Positions 26,422-37,308 of a stretch of DNA of 51,899 nt are shown here, one piece after another. The position numbers and the translations under genes are program-made. Each line of letters starts with the position of its first letter. The first letter of the stretch is position 1. Location: assembly GCA_023391185.1 (NCBI GenBank), contig JAEWBI010000042.1, forward strand, positions 1 to 51,899. The letters are read 5' to 3'. Source of the stretch: Bacillota bacterium. GTDB lineage: Bacteria; Bacillota_I; Bacilli_A; RF39; UBA660. The notes under the pieces were generated by a model. It was not told where the DNA came from and ran no database searches. It saw only the letters and a program-made list of their open reading frames with translations.

Positions 26422-28500
26422 ATGGCTCGTGAATATACATTAGAAAAAACACGTAATATTGGTATCATGGCACATATCGATGCAGGTAAAACTACTTGTA
26501 CTGAACGTGTTCTATACCATACACATAAAATCCATAAAATAGGGGAAACACATGATGGTGCTTCTCAAATGGACTGGATGGCACAAGAACAAGAACGTGG
26601 TATTACTATTACTTCAGCAGCTACAACAGCTTTCTGGAAAGGTTATAGATTCAATATAATCGATACTCCAGGGCACGTAGATTTTACTGTTGAGGTTTCA
26701 AGATCACTTCGTGTATTAGATGGAGCAGTTGCTTTATTAGATGCACAAGCTGGTGTTGAACCACAAACTGAAACAGTTTGGCGTCAAGCTACTGAATTCA
26801 AAGTTCCTCGTATGATTTTCTGTAATAAAATGGATAAAATGGGAGCAAGCTTTGAATACAGTTTAAAGACAATAGATGATCGTTTAGGAGTAAACGCTAA
26901 AGCTATTCAATGGCCAATTGGTGCAGAAAGTGATTTCGATGGTGTAATTGATTTAGTAACCATGAAAGCTTACCATTTTGATGGAAAAGCAGAAGAAGAT
27001 TATAAGGAAATCGAAGTTCCAGCTGAATTAAAAGATAAAGCAGAAATTAAGAGAAATGAATTAATTGAAGCAGTAGCTGAATATGATGATGAACTTATGA
27101 ATAAGTATTTAGATGGTGAAGAAGTTTCAATTGAGCTTATCAAAAAAGCAATACGTAAAGGAACTCTTGCTGTTGAATTCTTCCCAGTACTTTGTGGTAC
27201 TGCATTAGGAAACAAAGGTGTTAAATTATTACTAGATGCTGTAGTTGATTATTTACCTGCTCCAACAGATATCGAATCAATTAAAGGAACAGACTTAAAT
27301 GGTAATGAAATTGTAAGACATCCTAGTGATGCTGAACCATTCTCAGCATTAGCATTCAAAGTTATGACAGACCCATTTGTTGGTAAATTAACATTCTTCA
27401 GAGTTTACTCTGGACATTTATCAAGTGGTTCATATGTTTTAAATGCTACTAAAGATGAGAAAGAAAGAGTAGGTCGTATCCTATTAATGCATGCTAATAA
27501 CAGAAGCGAAATTTCTGATGTTTATACTGGAGATATAGCAGCTGCTGTTGGACTTAAGGATACTACAACAGGAGATACTCTATGTGATGAAAAGAATGCT
27601 TGTATTCTTGAATCAATGGAATTCCCTGAACCAGTTATCGAACTTGCTGTTGAGCCAAAATCAAAAGCAGATCAAGATAAAATGGGTATTGCTCTTCAAA
27701 AATTAGCAGAAGAAGATCCAACATTTAGAGCTAGTACAAACCATGAAACTGGTCAAACTATTATCGCTGGTATGGGTGAACTTCACCTTGATATCATCGT
27801 TGATAGAATGAAAAGAGAATTTGGTGTAGAAGCTAATATTGGTCAACCACAAGTATCTTACCGTGAAACATTAACAGCTACAGCTGAATGTGAAGGTAAA
27901 TATATTAAACAATCTGGTGGACGTGGACAATATGGACATGTTTGGGTTAAATTCGAACCAAATCCAGATAAAGGATATGAATTCGTTGATGCAGTTGTTG
28001 GTGGTGTTGTTCCACGTGAATATATTCCAGTAACTGATAAGGGATTACAAGAAGCAATGAAAACTGGTGTTGTAGCTGGTTACCCTATGATCGACGTAAA
28101 AGCAACACTATTTGATGGATCATATCATGATGTTGACTCATCTGAAATGGCTTTCAAAGTTGCTGCAAGTTTAGCTTTAAAAGAAGCTAGAAATAAATGT
28201 AAACCTGTATTACTAGAACCTATTATGAAAGTTCAAGTAGTAGTTCCAGATGAATATCTTGGAAATGTTATGGGTGATATTACATCACGTCGTGGACGTC
28301 CACTTGGGCAAGAATCTAGAGGAAATGCTTTAGCTATTGATGCTATGGTTCCACTTTCTGAAATGTTCGGATATGCTACAAGTTTACGTTCAAATACACA
28401 AGGACGTGGAACTTTCACAATGGTATTTGACCATTATGAAGAAACACCAAGAAATATAACAGAAGCAATCATTAAGAAAAATGGTTCAAATAATAATTAG
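26422..28500 (+). CDS. fusA: Elongation factor G
   Basis: [21 protein letters not shown]. 692 aa. Canonical position in the str operon. Confidence 0.97.
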   Translation: MAREYTLEKTRNIGIMAHIDAGKTTCTERVLYHTHKIHKIGETHDGASQMDWMAQEQERGITITSAATTAFWKGYRFNIIDTPGHVDFTVEVSRSLRVLDGAVALLDAQAGVEPQTETVWRQATEFKVPRMIFCNKMDKMGASFEYSLKTIDDRLGVNAKAIQWPIGAESDFDGVIDLVTMKAYHFDGKAEEDYKEIEVPAELKDKAEIKRNELIEAVAEYDDELMNKYLDGEEVSIELIKKAIRKGTLAVEFFPVLCGTALGNKGVKLLLDAVVDYLPAPTDIESIKGTDLNGNEIVRHPSDAEPFSALAFKVMTDPFVGKLTFFRVYSGHLSSGSYVLNATKDEKERVGRILLMHANNRSEISDVYTGDIAAAVGLKDTTTGDTLCDEKNACILESMEFPEPVIELAVEPKSKADQDKMGIALQKLAEEDPTFRASTNHETGQTIIAGMGELHLDIIVDRMKREFGVEANIGQPQVSYRETLTATAECEGKYIKQSGGRGQYGHVWVKFEPNPDKGYEFVDAVVGGVVPREYIPVTDKGLQEAMKTGVVAGYPMIDVKATLFDGSYHDVDSSEMAFKVAASLALKEARNKCKPVLLEPIMKVQVVVPDEYLGNVMGDITSRRGRPLGQESRGNALAIDAMVPLSEMFGYATSLRSNTQGRGTFTMVFDHYEETPRNITEAIIKKNGSNNN

Positions 28501-28576
28501 TTATAAAAATACTTGATAATTTTCATGTATTATTATAAAATATAATATGTAAGTAAAAAAAGAGGAGGAAATTTAT

Positions 28577-29761
28577 ATGGCAAAACAAAAGTTTGACCGT
28601 TCAAAACCACATGTTAACGTTGGTACAATTGGACACGTTGACCATGGTAAAACTACTTTAACAGCTGCTATATCAGCACATTTAGCTGGTAAATTTGGTA
28701 ATGAAAAAGTAGATTTCGAAAATATCGATAAGGCTCCAGAAGAAAGAGAACGTGGTATTACTATTAATACTGCCCATATCGAATATAGTACTGAAAAGAG
28801 ACATTATGCACACGTTGACTGCCCAGGACATGCTGACTATGTTAAGAACATGATCACTGGTGCTGCTCAAATGGATGGAGCTATCTTAGTTATAGCTGCA
28901 ACTGATGGTCCAATGGCTCAAACTCGTGAACACATTTTATTATCACGTCAAGTTGGTGTACCAAAAATGGTAGTATTCATGAACAAATGTGATATGGTTG
29001 ACGATGAAGAATTATTAGACTTAGTTGAAATGGAAATTCGTGAATTATTAACTGAATATGGATATGATGGAGATAACACTCCAATAATTCGTGGATCTGC
29101 TCTTAAAGCTCTTGAAGGAGATGCTGCTTGGGTAGGTAAAATTGATGAATTAATGGATGCTGTTGATACTTATATCGAAACTCCAGTTCATGATTTAGAC
29201 AAACCATTCTTAATGCCAATCGAAGATGTATTCACTATCACAGGTCGTGGAACAGTTGTTACAGGACGTGTTGAAAGAGGACAACTAAAACTTAATGATG
29301 AAGTTGAAATCGTTGGTATTAAAGATACAAGAAAATCAGTTGTTACAGGAATCGAGATGTTCCGTAAACAATTAGATTATGCTGAAGCTGGAGACAATGC
29401 CGGAGTATTACTTCGTGGTATTGCTCGTGAAGACGTTGAAAGAGGACAAGTACTTGCTAAACCAGGAACTGTTACTCCACATACAAAATTCAAAGCTCAA
29501 GTATATGTACTTAGCAAAGAAGAAGGTGGACGTCATACTCCATTCTTCAGTAACTATCGTCCACAATTCTATTTCAGAACTACAGATGTAACTGGTGTTA
29601 TCGAGTTACCTGCTGGTGTTGAAATGGTAATGCCTGGAGACAGTGTTGAAATGACTGTTGAATTAATTGCTCCAATCGCTATCGAAAATGGAACTAAGTT
29701 CTCAATTCGTGAAGGTGGTAGAACAGTTGGTTCTGGTAATATTTCAGAAGTTGTTAAATAA
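28577..29761 (+). CDS. tuf: Elongation factor Tu
   Basis: [21 protein letters not shown]. 394 aa. Confidence 0.97.
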   Translation: MAKQKFDRSKPHVNVGTIGHVDHGKTTLTAAISAHLAGKFGNEKVDFENIDKAPEERERGITINTAHIEYSTEKRHYAHVDCPGHADYVKNMITGAAQMDGAILVIAATDGPMAQTREHILLSRQVGVPKMVVFMNKCDMVDDEELLDLVEMEIRELLTEYGYDGDNTPIIRGSALKALEGDAAWVGKIDELMDAVDTYIETPVHDLDKPFLMPIEDVFTITGRGTVVTGRVERGQLKLNDEVEIVGIKDTRKSVVTGIEMFRKQLDYAEAGDNAGVLLRGIAREDVERGQVLAKPGTVTPHTKFKAQVYVLSKEEGGRHTPFFSNYRPQFYFRTTDVTGVIELPAGVEMVMPGDSVEMTVELIAPIAIENGTKFSIREGGRTVGSGNISEVVK

Positions 29762-29776
29762 TTAATAATTAAAAAT

Positions 29777-29805
29777 AAAAAGGTACTATTTAGTACCTTT
29801 TTTTA
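29777..29805. terminator. Bidirectional terminator shared by tuf and the convergent FemAB-family gene
   Basis: AGGTAC-N6-GTACCT flanked by an A-run and a T-run. The stem overlaps the last codons of the minus-strand ORF. Confidence 0.7.
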
Positions 29806-31021
29806 TTTGTCTATACATTGCATATTTTAAGTTATTAATAACTAATTCCAAATCACCGATATATTCTACAACACTGCAATTGAAATTAGTCTTAAACTGT
29901 ACTAACCCATTGTAATTTGGGTTATCAATTCTAGGATCAGTTATTCCACCAAAATTAAACCTTTTGTAACCTAGTTTAGAATACTTTTCAATAATTTTCC
30001 AAATTATTAAGTGTTTAGCACTAAAGTTCCTAAATCTTTTATCAAAACCATCCATGAAAAGGAAAATTTCACTTCTATTTTTGGCAATTAATACTGATGA
30101 TAGTACTAGACCATTAGGATAATCTTTTAAAAGGTTAGTTGCCTCTATTAATTTCTTTTTATATATTGCTATCTGTCTATCACAATCAATTTTTCTAGAT
30201 AGTAATTTATTTGAATTATTTTTATTGTTTAAAACCAAATCATTAACTTCATTAACAATTCTTTCCTGTTCTTCATATGACTTTTTTACTAACTGTAGAT
30301 ATATTTTTGTATCTATCTTAGCATAGTAAAACTCCATTTTATCATGTTCATTAAAATATTTATAAGCGTCTTCAAAATAATTTATATCTCTAGAGTATTT
30401 ATCTTTTGTCTCTTCATATAACAAATTTAATTCATTTGAATTGGCTCTGTATATTTTAATTCCTTGTTTTTCTGCTGATCTTATTTTTGTCTTATATTCT
30501 TTTTTTATATTTTTAAATAATGATTTATAGTCTATTGATATGTCAAGCATCGCTTCAAATCTTGGCTTATATGCCTCAAACTGTGTATTATAACCAAAAT
30601 GATAATATCCTGCATCTTTTAAATTAGTAAATGCTTCATCATATTTAGGATTAGTTCCTACAATAATTCCTTTTGGATTCATAATATTTCTTACTATAAT
30701 AGGTGATAACTTAACTGCTACTATATCTTTCTTGTTTAGGAATTTTTTTACTTCCCTAGTAAAGTTAGTTAGTAGTTGCTTATCATTATAATCTATTAAA
30801 AATCCTCTTGGAACATAAGCATAATTATATCCTTTTATTCTTTCAATTAGTAGTAAAGATGCTGATATTATTTTATCATCAACAAATGCACCAATAAATA
30901 AATAATTATATCCTTGCTTTTTCATAACAGCTGCATATTCAACAGTTTGATATACTGAGCTAAATGGATATGTTCCAACAAAATTTCTATATTCTTCTTC
31001 ACTTATTTCTCTAATTATCAT
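29786..31021 (-). CDS. FemAB-family peptidoglycan interpeptide-bridge aminoacyltransferase
   Basis: The size (~411 aa), the N-terminal FxQ(T)xEYAxV pattern, a central coiled-coil insert and the C-terminal FGGI...GLxxFKxxF are typical of FemX/FemA/MurM. The ATG at 31021 follows an AGGAGA RBS. Confidence 0.75.
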   Translation of the reverse strand: MIIREISEEEYRNFVGTYPFSSVYQTVEYAAVMKKQGYNYLFIGAFVDDKIISASLLLIERIKGYNYAYVPRGFLIDYNDKQLLTNFTREVKKFLNKKDIVAVKLSPIIVRNIMNPKGIIVGTNPKYDEAFTNLKDAGYYHFGYNTQFEAYKPRFEAMLDISIDYKSLFKNIKKEYKTKIRSAEKQGIKIYRANSNELNLLYEETKDKYSRDINYFEDAYKYFNEHDKMEFYYAKIDTKIYLQLVKKSYEEQERIVNEVNDLVLNNKNNSNKLLSRKIDCDRQIAIYKKKLIEATNLLKDYPNGLVLSSVLIAKNRSEIFLFMDGFDKRFRNFSAKHLIIWKIIEKYSKLGYKRFNFGGITDPRIDNPNYNGLVQFKTNFNCSVVEYIGDLELVINNLKYAMYRQIKKGTK

Positions 31022-31124
31022 CAAGTTTCTCTCCTTTATGAAAGTTAATGTACCTTTATATAATTATATCAAAAAAATAGGGGATAAAGTAATAAAATTA
31101 ACATTATTAAATATAATTATCTAG

Positions 31125-32033
31125 GTGATGAAAATGGACAAGGTTAAAATAGGAATTCCTCGAACTTTTTTTTATTATAGTGAAGGTAAATTTCTAAAGT
31201 ATTTTTTTGAAGAACTAAATTTCGAAGTAGTTATATCTCCGCCTACAACTAATATGATTAAGGATTTAGGAATTAAATATTCTAGTGATGAAATGTGTAC
31301 TTCAATGAAACTGTTCTTAGGTCATGTAGCATATTTGCAAGATAAATGTGACTATATCTTAAATATAAGAATGGATAACACTGGTATTAAAGAGCAAGGT
31401 TGTACTAATTATATATGTACTTATGATTTAATAAATAATATTTTTGATAAACAGATAATTAATATTACTATAGATCATTATAATTACCGAACTTTATATA
31501 AAGAACTATTAAAAATATTCAATAAGTTTAATGTTGATAAAAGGCAGATTAAAACAGCATATTTATTTTCAAAAATTAGAGTAAGTAAAGAAAATAAAAA
31601 AGAGATAATTACAAATACAAATAAATTATATAATCAAAAAAAGAAGATATTATTAGTTGGACATAGTTATAATTTATATGATGAATTTGTTGGTATGCCA
31701 ATTGTAAAAATGTTTGATAATACAGGAGTTGATATCATATATTCAGATAAGTTTGATAGTGAAAAGACAAAAGAATTAAGTAAAATTATCTCAAAAGATT
31801 TATACTGGAAATATAGTAAAGAAAGTGCTGGAGCAGTAGAATTATCTAAAGACAATGTTGATGGAATTGTATTTATTTCATCCTTTCCATGTGCACCTGA
31901 TTCAATGGTTAATGAATTAATAATAAGGAAAATAAAAATCCCATATTTAAATATTATAATTGATGATTTAAATTCTTTAGCAGGAATTGAAACACGAGTA
32001 GAAAGTTTTATTGATATAATTGGACAAAAATAA
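31125..32033 (+). CDS. Acyl-CoA dehydratase activase-related protein (DUF2229), subunit 1
   Basis: IGIPRTFFYYSEGKFLKYFFEELNFEVVISPPT...SSDEMCTSMKLFLGHV matches the remembered DUF2229 N-terminal pattern. Confidence 0.65.
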   Translation: MMKMDKVKIGIPRTFFYYSEGKFLKYFFEELNFEVVISPPTTNMIKDLGIKYSSDEMCTSMKLFLGHVAYLQDKCDYILNIRMDNTGIKEQGCTNYICTYDLINNIFDKQIINITIDHYNYRTLYKELLKIFNKFNVDKRQIKTAYLFSKIRVSKENKKEIITNTNKLYNQKKKILLVGHSYNLYDEFVGMPIVKMFDNTGVDIIYSDKFDSEKTKELSKIISKDLYWKYSKESAGAVELSKDNVDGIVFISSFPCAPDSMVNELIIRKIKIPYLNIIIDDLNSLAGIETRVESFIDIIGQK

Positions 32034-33084
32034 AATAGCATTTCCTCATATGGGTGATTATGCTGTTCCTGCTAAATATTTGTTAGGTAATATTCTAGAT
32101 GCGGAAATTATAGATGTACCTAAAATAACTAATAAAACTGTTGAACTTGGAAATAGATATAGTCCTGATTTTATATGTAGTCCTTTTAAGTATACATTAG
32201 GGTCACTTATAGAAGGACTTGAAATGGGAGCTAATATTTTAGTGCAGTATGGTGGTGGATGCAGGTATGGTTATTATAGTGAATTGCAAAAACAAATTCT
32301 TAAGGACTTAGGCTACAAATTTACAATGATTAATCTTATTACTGCTGGCAAAACAGATATAAAAAGAATATATAAAGAACTTAGAAAAGTAAATAAGGTT
32401 AAAATAGTTAAATCTTCTTTTATAGCTTTAAATGCAGTATTAATGGTTAAATGTATGGATAAAATTGACGATTATATGAGAAAACATGCTGGTTTTGAAG
32501 TAGAAAAAGATAGTTTTAATAAACTAAAAAAATTATTTTTATCTGATTTAGCTAATACTAAAGGCATTATGAATACATATAAAATATATAAGGATTATGT
32601 AAAAAAGTTTAAAAACATTAAAATTAATAAGCCACCTAATCCGATAAAAATAGGTATAATTGGTGAACTTTATACCATAATGGAACCATATAGTAATTAT
32701 AATATTGAAGAAAAACTAATTGCTAGTGGAATTGAAATAACAAGGTTTACTAATGTTGATTATTTATTATTTAAGAAAAAGTTATATATAAGGAAGATGC
32801 TTAAAAAAAGTAAGTTTATAAAAAATAAAATGGGCGCAGATGCTGCCGATAACATATGTAGGGCAGAAATTCTTTGTGAGGAAAATTATGATGGAATAAT
32901 TCATATAAAATCATCATTTTGTACTCCAGAAATTGGAGCTATGCCAATTATAAATAAAATTTGTTCTAAAAATAATGTGCCTGTTTTATTTATGAGTTTT
33001 GATACTATGACAAGTGAAGTTGGCGTGAATACTAGATTAGAAGCTTTTATTGATATGTTAGAAATGAGGCATAAAAATGATTGA
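32020..33084 (+). CDS. Acyl-CoA dehydratase activase-related protein (DUF2229 / HGD-D-like), subunit 2
   Basis: FPHMGDY...SPDFICSPFKYTLGSLIE...GGGCRYGYY. It overlaps the upstream gene by 14 nt. Confidence 0.65.
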   Translation: MDKNKIAFPHMGDYAVPAKYLLGNILDAEIIDVPKITNKTVELGNRYSPDFICSPFKYTLGSLIEGLEMGANILVQYGGGCRYGYYSELQKQILKDLGYKFTMINLITAGKTDIKRIYKELRKVNKVKIVKSSFIALNAVLMVKCMDKIDDYMRKHAGFEVEKDSFNKLKKLFLSDLANTKGIMNTYKIYKDYVKKFKNIKINKPPNPIKIGIIGELYTIMEPYSNYNIEEKLIASGIEITRFTNVDYLLFKKKLYIRKMLKKSKFIKNKMGADAADNICRAEILCEENYDGIIHIKSSFCTPEIGAMPIINKICSKNNVPVLFMSFDTMTSEVGVNTRLEAFIDMLEMRHKND

Positions 33085-34018
33085 CGGGTATATAGGAATA
33101 GATATAGGTTCAATATCTACTAAAGCAGTATTAATAGATAAAGAAAATAATATATTATGTTCCAAATACATATGGACTGAAGGAAATCCAATAAATGCTG
33201 TAAAAACATTAATTGGATATATAAAAGAACAAATGCCTAATAATATTTTAGTAAAAGGAATTGGGACAACAGGAAGTGCAAGAAAATTAATTGGGTTAAT
33301 GGTAAGTGCAAATGTTATAAAAAATGAAATAACTGCACATGCTATAGGTACATTAAGCAAATACCCTGATGCTAAAACAATTCTTGAAATTGGTGGCCAA
33401 GATTCAAAAATTATTTTATTAGAAAATGGTATTATAAAGGATTATGCTATGAATACTCTATGTGCAGCTGGGACAGGAGCATTTTTATCTAGTCAAGCAA
33501 AACGATTAGGAATAGATGTAGAAGAATTTGGTGCATATGCATTAAGATCAAAATCACCTGCTAAAATAGCTGCAAGATGTACAGTGTTTGCTGAATCAGA
33601 CCTTATTCATAAAGCGCAAGTTGGTTATAATAAAGAAGATATTATAGCGGGTTTATGTAAAAGTATAGTTTTAAATTATTTAAATAATATTGGTAAAGGT
33701 AAAAAAATAGAGGCACCAATTGTATTTCAAGGTGGTGTAAGTAAGAATATTGGTGTTAGAAAGTATTTTAAAGAAGTATTAAATGAAGATATTATTGTAG
33801 ATAAAGATAGTCATTTAATGGGGGCTCTTGGTATAGCGATATTATCAAAAAAAAGTGTATGTAATAAAATCTATGATTTAAATATAAAAGATATTAGTTT
33901 TACAACAAAAGGAAAAGAATGTAGTGGTTGTTCAAATAACTGTGAAATATTAAATATATATAAAGAAAATGAACTAATAGATACATGGGGAAGTAAATGT
34001 GGAAAGTTTACCAAATAA
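33077..34018 (+). CDS. BcrAD/BadFG-family ATPase (HgdC-like [4Fe-4S] activase) with an extra C-terminal Cys motif
   Basis: IGIDIGSISTKAV, EIGGQDSK, NTLCAAGTGAFL, ARCTVFAESD and FQGGVSKN. The C-terminal motif is CSGCSNNC...C. It overlaps the upstream gene by 8 nt. Confidence 0.8.
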   Translation: MIDGYIGIDIGSISTKAVLIDKENNILCSKYIWTEGNPINAVKTLIGYIKEQMPNNILVKGIGTTGSARKLIGLMVSANVIKNEITAHAIGTLSKYPDAKTILEIGGQDSKIILLENGIIKDYAMNTLCAAGTGAFLSSQAKRLGIDVEEFGAYALRSKSPAKIAARCTVFAESDLIHKAQVGYNKEDIIAGLCKSIVLNYLNNIGKGKKIEAPIVFQGGVSKNIGVRKYFKEVLNEDIIVDKDSHLMGALGIAILSKKSVCNKIYDLNIKDISFTTKGKECSGCSNNCEILNIYKENELIDTWGSKCGKFTK

Positions 34019-34062
34019 GAGGAAATAAGTTTATATGTGGATATAATATATATTGAAAGCGA

Positions 34063-34091
34063 TTGACAAGAAAAAGAATATAGTGTATAAC
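34063..34091 (+). promoter_or_regulatory. Candidate sigma-A promoter of topA (TTGACA-17 bp-TATAAC)
   Basis: TTGACA at 34063-34068. TATAAC at 34086-34091, preceded by a TG. Confidence 0.55.
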
Positions 34092-34113
34092 TAAATAGCA
34101 AAGGAAGTGGATT

Positions 34114-36144
34114 ATGTCAAAAAACTTGGTAATAGTGGAATCTCCACATAAAACAGGTCCAATTGGTAATTATCTTGGTAAAGACTATAAGGTAGTAGCA
34201 TCAGTAGGACATATAAGAGATTTATCTACAAAAGGTAAATTTGGTTTTGGAGTGGATGTTGATAATAATTTTAAACCTGATTATGTAAATATAAAGGGCA
34301 AGAAAAAAGTAATAGATGAATTAAAAAAAGAAGTTAAAAAATCTGATTTTGTATATCTAGCTACTGACCCTGACCGTGAAGGAGAAGCTATATCATGGCA
34401 TTTATATGATACACTTGGGTTAAAAGAAGAAAATTATGACCGTGTTGTGTTTAATGAAATAACAAAAGGCGCTGTAACAGATGCCTTTAAACATGCGCGT
34501 AAGATAGATAGAAATTTAGTTAATAGTCAAGAAACAAGAAGAATTCTTGATAGAATAATAGGTTTTAGGTTAAGTAAACTTATTCAATCTAAAACTTATG
34601 GTACTAGTGCAGGACGCGTTCAAAGTGTTGCTCTTAAGCTAGTAGTAGATCGCGAGCGTGAAATAGAAGCATTTATAACAGATGAATACTGGACTATAAC
34701 TGCTAAATTTAACGATTTTGATGCTGAACTGTTTAATTATAATAATAAAGATATTGAGATTAAAGATGAAGTACAAGTAAATGATATATTAGGAAAGTTA
34801 ACTAATGTTTTTAAGATAGAAAATGTTGATAAAAAGGAAAAGAGTAAAAAATCAAAACCTGTTTATACGACAAGTACAATGCAACAAGATGCTTCAAATA
34901 AACTTAATTTTAATGCAAAAAAAACAATGAGTGTTGCGCAAAAGTTATATGAAGGTATTGATATATCTACAGAAACTGTAGGTTTGATTACTTATATGCG
35001 TACTGATTCTATACGTATTAGTGATGATTTCATAAAAAGTACTTATGGCTTTATAAAAGCTAAATATGGTGAAGATTATGTTGGATATGTAAAACAAGGC
35101 AAGAAAAAAGAAAATATCCAAGATGCTCATGAGGGTATTAGACCTACTGATATTAATAGAACACCAGAATCACTAAAAAACTATTTAACAGCAGATGAAT
35201 ACAAACTATATAAAATGATATATTATCGTGCTTTAGCTTCTTTAATGAAAGATGCTAAAACACTTAATACTACTGTTATACTAGATAATAATAATTATCA
35301 ATTTAAAGCAACAGGACAAATTGTAGTATTTGATGGTTATTTAAAAGTATATAATGATTATGAAGATACAAAAGATACTGTCTTACCACCTCTTGAAACA
35401 TATAAGTCTAATGTTTTAGTTTCAAATGAGATAGAAAAAGAACAACATTTTACTAAGCCTCCTGCAAGATATACAGAGGCAAAATTAATTAAAGAGATGG
35501 AAGAACTTGGAATAGGTAGACCTAGTACTTATGCTCAAACCATGACGGTAATAAAAGATAGAGGATATGTTACTATTGTAGACAAAAAATTTATTCCTAC
35601 TCAAATTGGTATTGAAGTAACTGATAAACTACAAGAAAGTTTTAGTAAACTAATAAATGTGGAATACACAGCTAATATGGAAAATGACCTAGATAAAATA
35701 TCTGAAGGAAATGCTGTTTGGTTTAAAGTACTTGAAAATTTCTATAATCAGTTTGAACCATCAGTAAAAGAAGCTTTTGATAAACTTCCAAAGAAAGAAG
35801 CAGAAAAAGTAGGCGAAGATTGTCCATTATGTAGCCATCCTCTTGTTAAAAGGAAGGGTAAATATGGAGAATTTGTAGCTTGTTCAAATTATCCTGAATG
35901 TAAGTACATTAAACAAGAAGAAAAACAGGTAGTTGAAATATGTAAGTGTCCTAATTGCAATGAAGGAATGATTATTGAAAAGAAAAGTAAAAGAGGTAAA
36001 ATCTTTTATGGATGCAATAACTATCCAAAATGTAAAACAGCATACTGGGATATGCCTACCGGTGAAAAATGCCCTAATTGTGGTAAAATGCTTACTAAGA
36101 AAAAAGATATAATAAAATGTAGTGAATGCGATTATCAAAAATAA
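34114..36144 (+). CDS. topA: DNA topoisomerase I (type IA) with three C-terminal C4 zinc ribbons
   Basis: Toprim LVIVESPHK...DPDREGE, the active-site ITYMRTDS, and three CxxC...CxxC ribbons at the C-terminus. Confidence 0.95.
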   Translation: MSKNLVIVESPHKTGPIGNYLGKDYKVVASVGHIRDLSTKGKFGFGVDVDNNFKPDYVNIKGKKKVIDELKKEVKKSDFVYLATDPDREGEAISWHLYDTLGLKEENYDRVVFNEITKGAVTDAFKHARKIDRNLVNSQETRRILDRIIGFRLSKLIQSKTYGTSAGRVQSVALKLVVDREREIEAFITDEYWTITAKFNDFDAELFNYNNKDIEIKDEVQVNDILGKLTNVFKIENVDKKEKSKKSKPVYTTSTMQQDASNKLNFNAKKTMSVAQKLYEGIDISTETVGLITYMRTDSIRISDDFIKSTYGFIKAKYGEDYVGYVKQGKKKENIQDAHEGIRPTDINRTPESLKNYLTADEYKLYKMIYYRALASLMKDAKTLNTTVILDNNNYQFKATGQIVVFDGYLKVYNDYEDTKDTVLPPLETYKSNVLVSNEIEKEQHFTKPPARYTEAKLIKEMEELGIGRPSTYAQTMTVIKDRGYVTIVDKKFIPTQIGIEVTDKLQESFSKLINVEYTANMENDLDKISEGNAVWFKVLENFYNQFEPSVKEAFDKLPKKEAEKVGEDCPLCSHPLVKRKGKYGEFVACSNYPECKYIKQEEKQVVEICKCPNCNEGMIIEKKSKRGKIFYGCNNYPKCKTAYWDMPTGEKCPNCGKMLTKKKDIIKCSECDYQK

Positions 36145-36205
36145 TCGTTTTTCTTTGGAAAAAAGGCTAAAAAATGATATAATGGTAAAGTATAGGAGGT
36201 AAGGT

Positions 36206-37307
36206 ATGGAAATAAGTGAACTTATAAATATATATAATACATATCTGTCTCAAAGTGATGAATTATGGAGGTCACTTTGAACCTGAAGAACGAGTAAAAA
36301 GAATACAGGAATTGCAAGCTATTATGGCTGCACCTGATTTTTGGAATGATAAAAAGAGTAGTGAAAAAATAATAAATGAACTTAATAGTTTGCAAAAAAC
36401 ACTAGATGATTTAAAAGAATTACGTACTAAAATTAGTAGTAATATTGAGTTGCTAGAGGTCTTGAAAGATGAAAATGATGAGGAAATAAAAAATTTACTC
36501 TTAAATGATTCAATTGAAATAAATGAGGAATTACAAAGACAAAAAGTAATTATTTACCTAAATAATTCTTATGATAAAGAGAATGCCATAGTTGAAATTC
36601 ACCCTGGAGCAGGTGGAACTGAATCATGTGACTGGGCAAATATGTTATATCGTATGTATACTCGTTATTTTGATAAAAAAGGTTATAAGTATGAAATAAT
36701 AGATGAACAAGCAGGCGATGAAGCAGGCATTAAGAATGTAGTCATCTTAGTTAAAGGGCTTTATGCTTATGGATATTTAAAGTCTGAAAAGGGTGTTCAT
36801 AGGTTAGTTAGAATTTCGCCATTTGATTCAAACTCTAGAAGACATACTTCATTCGCGTCTGTATCTATTTCACCTTTTTTTGAAGATACAGATATAGATA
36901 TTGAAATTGATGACAAAGATATAAGAATAGATGTATATCGTTCTACTGGAAGTGGTGGGCAAGGTGTTAATACAACCGATAGCGCAGTAAGAATAACACA
37001 TCTACCTACAAAAATAGTAGTTACATGTCAAAATGAACGTAGTCAAATTCAAAATAAAGAAAAGGCTATGGAGGTTTTAAGAAATAAACTATATGAATTA
37101 GAACTAGAAAAGAAAAATAAAGAATTACAAGATTTAAAAGGAACAGTAGATGATATAAACTTTGGTTCACAGATAAGAAGTTATGTAATGTGTCCATATT
37201 CAATGGTCAAAGATCACCGTACTAATGCAGAAACAAGTAATGTATCAAAAGTACTTGATGGAGATTTAGATATGTTTATTAATGAGTACTTAGTGAGAGG
37301 AAGATAG
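36206..37307 (+). CDS. prfB: Peptide chain release factor 2, requiring a programmed +1 frameshift (36206-36277 joined to 36279-37307)
   Basis: The upstream short frame MEISELINIYNTYLSQSDELWRSL ends at CTT TGA (36275-36280). The +1 frame continues EPEERVKRIQEL.... The SPF (RISPFDS) and GGQ motifs are present. Confidence 0.9.
36267..36281 (+). promoter_or_regulatory. prfB autoregulatory +1 frameshift site (internal SD GGAGG, 3-nt spacer, CTT TGA)
   Basis: GGAGG TCA CTT TGA A was read directly. It matches the canonical RF2 recoding architecture. Confidence 0.85.
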
Positions 37308-37308
37308 T

